Shown here in pieces: positions 12,187-26,832 of a stretch of 64,000 nucleotides of DNA. Each line of letters starts with the position of its first letter. The first letter of the stretch is position 1. A program made the position numbers and the translations under genes. The DNA is from Chrysomallon squamiferum (Eukaryota > Animalia > Mollusca), in the NCBI GenBank assembly GCA_012295275.1, contig CM022679.1, positions 1 to 64,000 on the forward strand. The letters are read 5' to 3'. The notes beneath the pieces were generated by a model. That model searched no databases and was not told the origin of the DNA. It saw only the letters and a program-made list of their open reading frames with translations.

Positions 12187-15100
12187 ATGGAACGAGGTAA
12201 ACATCATGTAATGTGTAACACTATGTCAGTATTTGAGTAAGGGTGCGAGAAACAGAGACTCTGAGAGAGATATTCACTATAATCGTATTGTCAGAGTGTG
12301 TGTATGTGTATTGGCAATTTCATATTTAAATACATTTATTATAACATTGACAAACGATAGTAAGCAGAGGAAAAATGCTTTTATTTGACATATGTAGATT
12401 GATAACAAAAAATATCATGTTCTTACAAAAGAATAATAAACATTAATTTCTAAAATTAGATTATTTAACTTGAACTGAATCAAGGACTAGCATATTTGGG
12501 ATATGCTGTTGTATGTCAGTTATTTATATTTAAAAATTAATCTGTTCAATTCTGCACCAATTAATGAAATATCAACCTTCTTGTATAATTTAGTATGTAT
12601 TTCTTCAGTGATCACTGTTATATTAATTGTGTGTTTATTTTTAGCATATTTATTATTAGTAACATGGTCTGATTGTATAAACAAAAACTGTCATGGTTTG
12701 TTTTTATTTTATTTTAATTGATTTTTTCCAGTTTTTTTATGTGTGTGAAATGTCGGAATCACTGCAGAAGGCAGAAACAACAGCTACGCAGATAGCAAGT
12801 GTATTAAGTCCTGAGACTAAAACTTCACTTGACCAGAACAAAATATCTGAGATTACAGAATGGAAATGGTTTCATCTAATTTACAATTAAAGTTGGCGAC
12901 ATCAGTACCAAAAACAAGTGCTGCACTTACATCATCAGCAACTACACAAGCATCAGTTGTGACAGTTTCAGGTTCATCAGCATCTGATTCAGTTTTAACA
13001 GCACAAATAGAGCAGCCACAGATTCAAACCCAGCTGTTGTGGAATCTACTGTTCCTGGAGAATTACTTACATCAGAAGTGACTCAGAAGGGTAATTTGAC
13101 TTCAAAGCAGATTGTGAACCAGCCAGTTATAATAACCAGTAATGTGGCCACAGTGATACACCCTAACAGTCACATAGATCACTGGAATCTAGACAGCTTT
13201 CTCCCAGGATAGGTATGTTCAGACTTTTTAAATATCAATTTAAAATAATCATACCATTGACATTTACATAAAAAATCCTTCAACACCAGCTCAGAAATCC
13301 AGAGCAACAGCTCATAAATTAATCAAGGTAAGAAATAGATAAGTTTAAAATTGTATCAAGAACAGTCTATAAATTGTTCTCTAAACAGAGTTTATGACAT
13401 AGCATTTTGTTTTATCTTAATAAGTAAACAATGTATGTCTTTTCATTATGCTGTTAATAAATATGATTTTTTTTTATATTTGACAATATATTTTTTAATA
13501 AATTTAAATTGTTGTTAATCATGTATATTTTAAAATTAAAACCAGAACATTTTACGTTTTTAAGGATGGTGTACATGAACATGAACTTGCTGTGATGTTG
13601 GCTGCATTTACCGATCATGCGTACGCAATTCCTGCCCACAATGATCCTAGTCTTGCAATACACACATGCATTGTAACAGAGTCTTCACAGACATCAGATG
13701 ATTTAAATGCAGATGGAGTTCTAGAAGGTTCCACAAAGGCTTAAGGAAAAAGGAGTGATGATAGTCCAACAAACTATCCAAAACGGTATTGACTCTAAAA
13801 TTATGAGTGTGAAATCCTTTTATAAATTAGATAAAATGTGCAAGATACCTTATAAATAAAATATCTCCAAAATTATGAGTGTAAAATCCATTAATTAAAA
13901 TATGCAAGAGACCTTATAAAATAGAATATCTCCTAAATTATGAGTATGAAATCCTAGTGTAAATTAAAATATACTGCTACCAGTGAATAAAAAATACATT
14001 TTTACTTACTAAATAATTTGAGATGTGATTTGTAACTAAAATGAGATTGTTTACTCTGAATTTCATACGTTATCTGAATAAAAAAAAATGTATGTACTCT
14101 GACAAGTTACCAGTGAATAAAAGAGTATATATTTACACTGAATTTTACTGAATAATTTTAGAGGTGGTCTGTGAATAGAAAGAAATAATATTACACTAAA
14201 TATTGTTAAATAATTTCAGATAGCGAATCGTTTGAAGTTCTAGGACAACAGGACAGTGACGATGCAGAAGATGTGCCCTGGATGCAGCATTTCTACAGAA
14301 TCTGTGTGGCCGATGATGTAAGTCACTGATTTAATATTAATTTTTTTACCTATAGTGTTTGTATCTTTTCATATTCAGCTTTGTGTAGCCCACATATTGT
14401 ATTCTTTCAAACACAAAGAGGGAATGACCATTTTTGTATAAGTTTTCAGAATTTATTTATTTATTTAGTTATTTATTTTATTTATTTATTCACCCACAAG
14501 TGGTTATTATTAGTATATGTAAACTAAAATGACTATTCAGTAGCTTTTAATAAATTTGATGCATTTGAATTTGTAATGGTACCACTATGTCTTGTTTCAG
14601 TGTATCTACACCTATTTTCATCCTGGTTTTAATTGTTTCTCTGTCCTTTACTTGAAAATGGACTCCTGCCTTTGAATAAGCCCCGCAGACCCTGTTGGTG
14701 TTAAATTCAATGGCTTCTGTCTCTTGAACATATTCTCCTTATTAAATTGTAGATTATGAATGATAATATTATAATTTTGTTAGCAGAGTTAAAAGATGTA
14801 AACAGATTTTTATTATGTATTTATTATTAATTTTTTTTTTATTATCTGTTTTATTTGTTGAAGGATGGATGATGTCAGGAAATGTCTGTGTTTCCAGCAG
14901 TGATGTCGGCAAGCAGCGAGAGAGTGTAAACTACACTGGAGTACAGCACAACACTGAATGCACAGCATCATCAGAACATCACATCACAGCAGCAAACATC
15001 TAATGACAGCTTACACAACACCGCAGATATACAGAGCTGTGTGTATCACTCCACTGGCAGAATCAACACGGTATATGTAGACTAGATCTATTTATACATA

Positions 15101-16890
15101 GACAGACAGATAGATAGATATAGATATATTTAGGTAGATAGATAATTACATGATAAGAAGTGGGGTTTAATTATTTTGTCATTCAAAATTCCTTTTTAAA
15201 TAATTTAGGTAATATCTCAACCGGATTTTTATCCAACAAAAACCCAGTGGATTACTGTTGCTCATGAGCCAGGAAAACAATAAAAATATGAATTGTATCT
15301 AACGTCAAAACTGTAAAAACCTGATCTCGACATTTCTTGTCTGTTTGTTGAATCTAAATTCTTTTTATATTTCCCCTAATTAGCTGAAATGTGAAAAAAA
15401 TAAATAAAATAACAAGTTATTGTTTATCACTTGATTTTTGTGATATATCCATAAATAATGACTAATGTGATTTATTCTGAGGACATCACTGATGTTTGTT
15501 TCAGGGAAATCCTACAAGTATCAGTCGCAGAATCAAACTGTCGGGCGTGTCTGAATACCACAAGTAATCTTCACTTTTTAATTATACATTAATCAGTGTT
15601 AATTTTTATCAGCTGGATTGAAAAATAACTTGAAAATAATCCGGTTTATTATTAATTATTAATTATTATTTATATAATTGTTCAGACGAAATGGTAGATA
15701 GAGATTTGACTTTTCTTATAAATAAATTATTTTTATTCAGAAAGAAAAAGAAAATCATATTAATACTTGAAATATAGTCGTCATCATCATTTTATTTTCA
15801 GGCCAGTCATTAAATATGTACAATGATAATCTGTGCTTCTTTGTGTTTTATTTCCTATATTTTGTTATTAAACCACTGTTCCCTGTACACTGATCTTCTA
15901 AAACCTTTAACACCAGCAGGTTACAGAAGTACAGGATTTCCCAGTCCAAACACTCAGATAGCCAGTGACCCAATGGCCACTCACCTGGGAAGTTTTGACC
16001 AGTACACGCAGGATGTCCAGACACCACATGGTCAGTAAAGTGCTGGCAACCGACTCCATAGTCAGCGATGTAGCGTTGCATCTGTACACAGCGCTGATGT
16101 CAACTCTGACCAAGAGTTTGATTTAAACAGTAGTTTTCACTGATGACTTAATATGTTCAGTATTAATTAAATAATGATTTTAAATAATATCTCTGACTAT
16201 TCTCAACTTTTGGACTGTTTTATTATCTTATGATCTAAATTATTAAAAATCATGCAGACGACATTTATAAACTATAAAATAATAAAAAATGGAATTTATA
16301 TTTCGACTAAGTCTCTTGTTGTTACTGATGCATCTTCACTTTCCATGGACTTGCTGGAGATTTCCTCGGGGTTCACTGACACTGTTAGTGGAAGACTGTT
16401 TCCATCTCTTTACCATCAGACTGGATATGCTGGGAGGGTGGCAATGTTTTTGAAATGTGAGTGGTACTCAAAGATTCTCCAAAGTGCTCGGAAATTTCAT
16501 CAGCTAAAACTGATCATGATAAAAAAATATTAGCCTTGAAACTTGATTATAAAACTTTTTTCACAATATCAGTGAAATATAATTAAACTTTTTTAAAACG
16601 GAAATGATTAAGATAATTAACAAGATTAACTTTAATGAGCAGTGAAGAGCAGAGGTGAAGGTTGGCCAAGAGAGGAGTGAAACCACACATGAACATACGA
16701 GCTGATTCTCCTGTTCATTCAGAGAACGCCAGCAAGGAAGCCCGTCTGCTGCAGCTGGAAGATGGACAGAAACCAAGGAAGTCCCGCCACACTGAAGAAG
16801 ACAAGCAGAAGCTCTTCCAGCTGGGATTGGAGTACGTCACGTGTACCCGGGACACGGCTTCCTACTTGTCAGCTTGCAGTTGAGTGCTTT
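12187..16890 (+). pseudogene. Decayed multi-exon Kolobok-type (THAP-associated DDE) transposase gene inside the TIR element
   Basis: Spliced remnants: gccATGGAACGAG|gt (12187), 12732-13212, 13565-13785 (TDHAY HCF1-binding motif, ESSQT), 14220-14317 (acidic), 14864-15070 (RKCLCF), 15505-15563, ~15958-16060 (IASD..HSPGKF..QYT..SKVLAT resembling GDGxxDSPGxxAxYxxYT), ~16285-16480 (NGIYI..LVVTDAS; LYHQ; LKCEWYS), ~16690-16730 (MNIRA...SEN); motif order matches the Kolobok transposase pattern as I recall it. Confidence 0.55.
13795..14160. repeat. Short tandem duplications (~70 bp x3; ~128 bp x2)
   Basis: aaattatgagtgtgaaatcc...ccttataaa repeated; taccagtgaataaaa repeated. Confidence 0.75.
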
Positions 16891-17169
16891 CTGGAACATT
16901 TCTTGTGTTTGTGTTGACAAATTGACAAAATACTGTTTAACAAAAGTACATCATACAAATTTGTGGAAATAAAACAGAAATGGAAAATACTGTTTAACAA
17001 ATGTCCTGGACCACACTTACCTTTAACAGAAAACCTGCCATGAGAAATAAAAAACAATTACAACTACCAACAGACAGAAATGAGCTCTCATTTACAATTG
17101 TGTGGCTCTCATTTCTGACACAGAACTGGTGGCACACAACCAAATGTACACAGTGATACAACTCAAGTC

Positions 17170-18010
17170 ATTAGCATGCAGCTACTGCAGTGTCCATCAC
17201 CATAGAAACTCCAGCCAGTCCTGATACCTCGCAAAACATGCAAACTTTCAGAACTACATGAAGAAAATTGTAAACAGAGCCGCACAAAAATAAATAATTT
17301 CAACAAAGGAACCTCCATTAACACAAAACATATCTTTCACATGATAAACACCTAACACAGGACTTTCCATTCTTGTTTGTCTTAATGATGTTACATTCTC
17401 CTTCACCAGTGTGTCCAGTTCACCACTGATTTAACACTAACAGCAAACACACTGCAGCACCGAGTCAATGGGAAGTTCTAAATGAGTTGAATTGTGACCA
17501 CAACCCTACACTCACCAATTACAACAGCAAGAAAACCTTCAAATTTTTTTAAAAAAAATGTAAACAAAAATCTAAACAAAAATCAATCTACACTTGAAAA
17601 ATACAAAATAGTCAAAAACATTAGTAGTAATACTTGGTATTTTTAATGTAACTTGGTAAACAGGAAAGTTATCAACAGACTGGAAACTTGCATAAACCTT
17701 ACAAATACCATTCACTACCAATCAACTACAGACCAGTTACACTAGCACCACACATGTAAAACCCTTGACACACTGGTAAAACACACACCTGAACAAACAC
17801 TTAAACAACAACAATTTAACAAGTAAATAACAAAACACTACAACAGTTTACTAAATTCCATTCAGTAAATAAAATAAAAAGTAATTACATAGACTTCTGG
17901 TGTGCATGCAGATCTCTAAACAACCAAATACAAACATACCTAAACAACTTGAATGACTGACTGCCTTTAAATTGAGAAATAAAGATTTCACTTTCAGCAT
18001 GCCTCATCTA
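17170..18010 (+). mobile_element. Second degenerate I/Nimb-like LINE relic nested in the TIR element
   Basis: ORF1 knuckle-like CSYCSVHHHRNSSQ, DHNPTLTNYNSKKTF (homologous to 10558-10605), TGKLSTDWKLA, INYRPVTL..TCKTL RT-proximal motifs; heavily deleted. Confidence 0.75.
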
Positions 18011-18923
18011 ATAAATTAAAAGAAAAAAAGAAATACTAAAAATAGATAACCATTTAATAACAAGTAAAATGTGAACGAGTAAAATGTGAACGAGTAAAAT
18101 GCTGCAGAAACTGAACTATCCTTTCTCTGTCTTCACATGTAAAGCTTGTGAATTAATTTTCTTCTGCCAGATTTCTTTTCTCTCTCAGAGTTACCTCATT
18201 CAGTCTGCACTGCTGTGAGTTTGTTCTGACTAAAACTGTAAAAAAGCAATAAAAGATATAAGCTGACATCAGGAACCCCACAAACACACACATTCAAATG
18301 TTCTCTATAAAAATGAAGGAGAAATTACAAATTAACTGCTGCTTAAATAGGAAAAAATACTAATGAAGAAACCCATACAAGTTCTCTGTGCTTTGTTCAC
18401 TGGAGTGCTTTGAAGAACTCCCAGAAGTATGATACCTTTTTCAGCAGAAAAACAAACAAAAATCTGAATTCTTATAATGCTTATTCAGTGCTAAATTATT
18501 TGAAATAACTGTCCTAATCCAGATGATTTTTTTTTTTATATATATATATATATATATAAAAATCATGTTAATGAGTCTTGGCTGTCCAGATAAAATATAT
18601 TACAATTGATTTAACACTTAAAATATTCTGATTTCCAAATATAATTCTATAATAGTCTCTAACATGAATAAATAATATTAATCTAGAAGAACTGACTTTT
18701 TCTATAAGTTATAAAACAAGAGCCACTATTAATAATTTTATAGCAAATATTTATTTCACATGAAAGGTTTGTTCGATAAATTAAAAGTATCGGCTTACCT
18801 TAATTTGTCAACATCTAAAATGAAATACAAAAATTCTTTATTAATTAAAACAGACACAAAAATTTAGTCCGAGTAATACAAATCAGCTGGTAAGACATTT
18901 TCAAACAAACCTTGACAAAAATG

Positions 18924-18969
<46 letters not shown>

Positions 18970-19786
18970 TTATAGTATTATAGGCTTTTATTTTTCAAAA
19001 GAAATAAAAATTAAAGGAAAGCAACGTGAAATGATAGCGAGTAATACTCAGTAAATTTAGCGTGTTGCAAAAATAAGAAAATAATGACTTTCCTCTATAA
19101 AATATGCAGCCGTTCAACTTTTCTTTTTAGTATTTTTTCTTTATTTCTTTGTTTATTTTATTTTTTATTTTTGCTTTTATTTTTTTTTTTTTCCGGGTAA
19201 GTAATCCTACGGGAATTGAAAACGAAAAACAATTGCAAATACAAGGTTATAGAGTTATCTTCCATGATAACTTGTTCCGTTAACCAACCGATAATTCTTT
19301 ACGTAACGCTCTAAAAGTTCGCTAAATTTGTTCGTTGGCTTCACTTTAGCCAATGAAAAGAGGAATTGAAAAGGAGAAACAATAGCAAACAATTAGTTAC
19401 AGTGTTCTGCTATGACAATGTGTTCCGTTAACCAACCGATAATTCTTTAACGTAGTGTTTATAAATAGATGTTGGCACATAAGACAAGCCGATACGTCCA
19501 ATTTATGGAACTATGGGCAATCGTTTTATGTGAAATAAATATCTGAGATACAATTATTATAAAAGTATTATCTTGTGTTTAACTTATAGAAAAAACAGGT
19601 CACCCAAATAATATTTTTTGGGGCGACTAACCATAATATTTCTAACATCCCAGTCGCCTAAACGAAACTTTGGTCGCATTTGGTGACCTAGCGACTGGCC
19701 ATTTCGAGCCCTGCATAATTATCTCTCATATTAAGAAATCTGTCTGTAATATAAATTGTTATTTTAATACTGTTTAAATATTTCAG

Positions 19787-20140
19787 TCAGATGATATGAC
19801 CAATTGCTTATCAGAAAAATGTCCACAGCTATTAGATTCAAAACATATAGTGACTACTGAACTACCACATGCAACATCTACTGTAACATTGTCAGGTATC
19901 CAGTCTGATGATCTTCCAGACGACACAGAACGTAGACCACACTATCATAGCCGTAACCCAGCTTTAAATCCTCCTAAACATCTCCCCGATAATGAGAACC
20001 AGCTTTGTAAACTGTAGGTGAGAATGTTGATCCAGTGATCACTTCTCCCCTTCCATTTACTTGTGGTCCTTTTACTGAGACAGAGCAGGATGTGAATATG
20101 ACAGCTGATGCAGAAGATATATAGCTATAACTATATCTAT
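19787..20140 (+). other. Exon-like unique segment right of the transposon
   Basis: Acceptor tttcag| then open frame to 20017 (MTNCLSEKCPQLLDSKH...), S/T/P/D-rich; no recognised domain. Confidence 0.2.
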
Positions 20141-21028
20141 ATATATATATATATATATTATAATTGTGCGTTATTATCTTTGGAAACAATAAATGTTGTG
20201 AGCTGATATTATTCTGTTCTTAAAAATAATATTTAAGCGCATTTTAGCTATTTTCTCACAATAGTCTTAGAATGTTAGAAGACACTCAGAACAGTTCTAA
20301 TGAAACTAGGAGAACAGCGTCAAACATATATAGGAAGCTTCCGTTTTTCAGTAAAAATAAAAACAAAATAAAAAATAAAAAATAAAAATATTAAGGTGTT
20401 ATTCTAGTTGTTAGCTGTTGACAGCTGGAGGACTTTGACTAATACGGTGTCTGCTTCATTGTTATATAGATTATTACTGGTTGAGCGGTTATATTAATAT
20501 CTGATGTAATAAGAGAACTTCAGGTTTAATCAGAAATGTAAAGAATATTACACTATACAACTTGCGCTGATGTACACCGTTTAATGAATGTAATGAAAAC
20601 ATTAAATTTCGCATAATAAAATAACATGCTAACCTCTTTTGCTCTCAGCTAATCAGTACACACTATCGTGATTCCAGGGAATTAACTCTGATATTTTTAA
20701 ATATAACCTGATATAAATATACGATATTAATAAAATATGAGATAAACATTAACCTACAAACTGTAAATATCACTGATCATAATTAATTCTCATCCTTTTC
20801 TTTTTATACGTAATTAAGCGGCTTATTTTCATAACGCCATGTAGAATTATCATTTATAACTGTCAGTAATGTCTAATAGATTAACTGTGGTTATCAATAT
20901 TTTCTGTAGTGTACATAATATTTAAGTTCCGCGTACTGTAAAATTACACCTTTCTATTATACGATTTAGAATTAGCAAAGTAAAACGTTACGTTTAATAA
21001 AACGGACACTTCATAGCGGTATCTGAAG

Positions 21029-21298
21029 TTAGTTGTTCTGCTGTGTTTGTGTTTCAGTGAAACATGTTCTGCTGTGTTTGTGTTTCAGTGAAACACGTTC
21101 TCGCAAGTTATAACCTAATTCCTCATGACGCTGACAATGTAGATCAGAAATCTCCTCATAAACATGATCATCAACATTTGAGTGAAGATTCTGATTCTCC
21201 TCCATAAACCTGAACTCTCTGTCTTGCATTCTGGAAACAAGTTTCAGCCACTTTCTCTTTTCTTTGAACACAGAAACATGCTGATGTTTAGTGATGAT
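21029..21298 (-). CDS. Orphan terminal-exon-like ORF with a YEEI tyrosine motif
   Basis: Non-repetitive open frame ...FKEKRKWLKLVSRMQDREFRFMEENQNLHSNVDDHVYEEISDLHCQRHEELGY...; possible acceptor catag| at 21299; no linked exons established. Confidence 0.3.
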   Translation of the reverse strand: MITKHQHVSVFKEKRKWLKLVSRMQDREFRFMEENQNLHSNVDDHVYEEISDLHCQRHEELGYNLRERVSLKHKHSRTCFTETQTQQNN

Positions 21299-22411
21299 CT
21301 ATGAGTAACTCTCTAAATAACTACAACAACAACAACAACAGTAATGATAGTAATTTTGAAAAAGAACAGTGTTTTATACAACTAATATTTACTATTATTC
21401 AGGTTAATAAACATTTTTGAGTTGTCTGTAGAAAGATGGAAAAATAACGTAAATGACATTTCAGTTTTCATGTTATTACAGGTAGCCATGGTTACAGTAC
21501 ATCCCTGCTGTTATGAATCATCTAATCTACTGACAGACACTGAAAATGAATATTGCTTGACTGATAAGACCAAATATTTTTAAAGCAATCAAAACCGTAT
21601 TTTTAATAATACAAAGAAAATATTGTTGCAAATCAGACATGTGTGCTTGTTCAGCAATAATATATATATATATATTTCTTTTTTATCTTTGTAAGGAACC
21701 ATATTTTGTCTCTTGACAGTAACTCCAAGACTTTTAAAAAAAAAATCAATAATGTTGAAAATATATTTAAAATTGAAAAATTGCTCTGGTGCTAGATGTT
21801 AAAGGGAGGGAAGTCATCAGAATGGGGAGTTAGAAAATCATCTTAACAAGATTTTTCTGTTTTACGTTACAGTGTTGACTTTACCTTATCACCGTCCTCA
21901 AACTGAGACCCTTAACCATTGTGACACAAATGTACCTCAAGGTCATTTGCTCACGGAAACAAAAGTGTGTGTGTGTGTGTGTGTGTGTGTGACAGTTATT
22001 TTTGGTGAAAAGATGGACCTATCTGTATTGCTCAAAACATTTCTAAAGATTTCATAATTTAAACTTGCAATTAAAATGGCTGTAAAATTATTCAGGAACG
22101 TTCAGTAATTAAATATTTAAATAAAAAATATTTTTATGAAATGTCTTTGTTATTTTTATACAATATCTATATAATATATATATTTTTATATTATATCTAT
22201 ATTATGTCTATATTATATATATAGATATATAAAACTTCATAACTTAGTGGTGAAAGGATTAATAAGCTCTTGACATGATTATATCTATATATATAATGTA
22301 TATTAGTAATAAGAAGAGAAATTAGATTGTAGGATAAGAAGAATGTATGTTTTGTATATAATTACACATTGTTAGTCATTGTATAACTTGCTGATCAGAC
22401 AGACTCCACAC

Positions 22412-22596
22412 CTTTGTGTTGCATCTTCGAATATTTCGTCCTCTTCATTAGAGTCGTAAGTGCAGCTTCGTTCACAGTCCCCGCTACTCCCCGTGGAGCC
22501 GATTCGTCCATCTTCAGCTGTTTCGCGCGCTAACTGAGATCTCTCAGCACATTTTATCTTTTGACGTCAGTCTTCCAATACGAGGCGCAAGCAAGA
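22412..22596 (-). pseudogene. Exon-like segment with one in-frame TGA
   Basis: Acceptor (t)12ag|, donor AAG|gtgtgg; SCLRLVLED*RQKIKCAERSQLARETAEDGRIGSTGSSGDCERSCTYDSNEEDEIFEDATQ; GC/CpG-rich relative to flanks. Confidence 0.35.
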
Positions 22597-23903
22597 CTAA
22601 AAAAAAAAAACACGCGTTCACCTGCTGATAAGATTTAATGTAAAAAATAACTCCGCCTTCCTCTCAGTTTTCATTTGATGTTTTAGTCAAAGCGTTCTTG
22701 TTGGCGGATTCGCGATTTACTAAAGAAATGTAGTGATTAAGAATGAACCGTTATTATATATACTGTTCAAAAAAAAGAAAGTAGAGAACTCTTTTAATGA
22801 TTTTACAATTGCCGAAATTGTAATGTAAGTTAACTATGGGGAATGGCAATAAATGTTATGAAAATAGTTAATTAAATGAACGATCGGAACGAATGACTAG
22901 AAACAAAATGATAAAAACCGTATCATCAAAACAATGAAGACAAAAAATAAATAAATAAAATAAAATAAAATTTACAGAAATAATTTTACATAGCGATTAA
23001 ACACATTCCTGAAAAAAGTCAAAGTCCAGAATGACGCCCCCCCACACACACACCCGCCTGCCGTACACGTGTTCTTTGTAACGCACGTGCGACGTATGGA
23101 ATATGAAAACGTATTCAAAATTAATATTTTTCACGTTTCCCCGACATTTTTTGAAGAGTATATTTAAATGAAAAACGTTTTCACGTCTGCTACTTGATAA
23201 TCTTGTCAGTCGTGTTGAATTGTACTGAGTTTGTTCTATCTGCAGTGAAAACATTAATATACAGATTCACATGCGTGCATGTAGCATTCACTATCACATG
23301 CACAGAAACGCAAACACACACACACACACAAACACACACAACACACACACACATAAAGAATAATAATAAGACAAGAAGAAGAATAACGAATAGATTCTCT
23401 TCAAGGTCATCGAGGAAAGTGTTAGTTACATAGCCCAGTGTTAATATTGTATTTTTTATTAACCGAAATCTAATAAAATCTTAAATTCGTTAAGCTACTT
23501 GTCTCCCTCTCTCCCTCTCTCCATCACTGTTTTTTGGAATGAACTACTTCAGTTTATTCTTTTAATCCAAAAATAAATAGCTTACTAAATAAAATAAAAT
23601 AAAATAACAACAGATAAAAAGTAATCACGTGAAGATATAAAATGTATTACGTAATTGGACAGTGATACATTTTCTCAAAGTATTAAAGTGTTTCACTGTC
23701 CATAGAAGATGCAAGAAACAAAGTTATATTTTGTTAGCGCCAAATCAATCTTAGCACATTGTTTAAATTCATACACAAAAGATTTAGTATTAACATTTAG
23801 TTTTATGTGTTACAAAGAATCAACAATTGCCTTTCTCTACCGAGTTCAAATAGAGGCTCAAGGTCACAAATTCATTAATTAACAACAGCAACAACAGCAA
23901 TAA

Positions 23904-23934
<31 letters not shown>

Positions 23935-23964
23935 AATAAAATAATAATAATAATAATAATAATA

Positions 23965-24038
<74 letters not shown>

Positions 24039-24243
24039 CACATTTCTCTTTAGTACAAAACTTATTTCGTTTATTATAACTGTCACTGAGTGAATGTTCA
24101 ATGCGTTCGCGTCTGCAGTTACCGTTTTCAGCCGGCAAAATTTTCATTCCAGTGTAATTTTTACTTCCTTCAGACATTTAGTTATAATCACTGACCAAAA
24201 GCGTATAAAGAGCAGAAAAATCAGAAAAAAAAAAATAGAATGA

Positions 24244-24361
<118 letters not shown>

Positions 24362-24376
24362 GGTTACTGAACTACT

Positions 24377-26620
<2,244 letters not shown>

Positions 26621-26696
26621 CTGTTGTAACGAGGCAGTAACTATCTTTATTTAAATATCTTTCTATTAAAATACATTTATCATCTCAAAACAGTAA

Positions 26697-26832
<136 letters not shown>

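Larger units (their letters stand above)
11323..19713. mobile_element. 8.4-kb DNA transposon bounded by hAT-like terminal inverted repeats
   Basis: Left end CAGGGCTCGAAATGGCCAGTC (11323) is the perfect 21-bp reverse complement of right end GACTGGCCATTTCGAGCCCTG (19693-19713); imperfect similarity extends ~140 bp with repeated AGTCGCC/GGCGACT subterminal motifs. No clean 8-bp TSD (tatatata vs cataatta). Confidence 0.85.

Noticed and set aside
11903-12211. 102-aa ORF in the transposon left arm
   Set aside because: No recognisable domain; overlaps promoter-like repeats and a better-supported ATG/donor at 12187-12197.
22567-22569. Selenocysteine readthrough of the in-frame TGA
   Set aside because: No redox motif context and no SECIS identified; ordinary nonsense change or non-coding is simpler.
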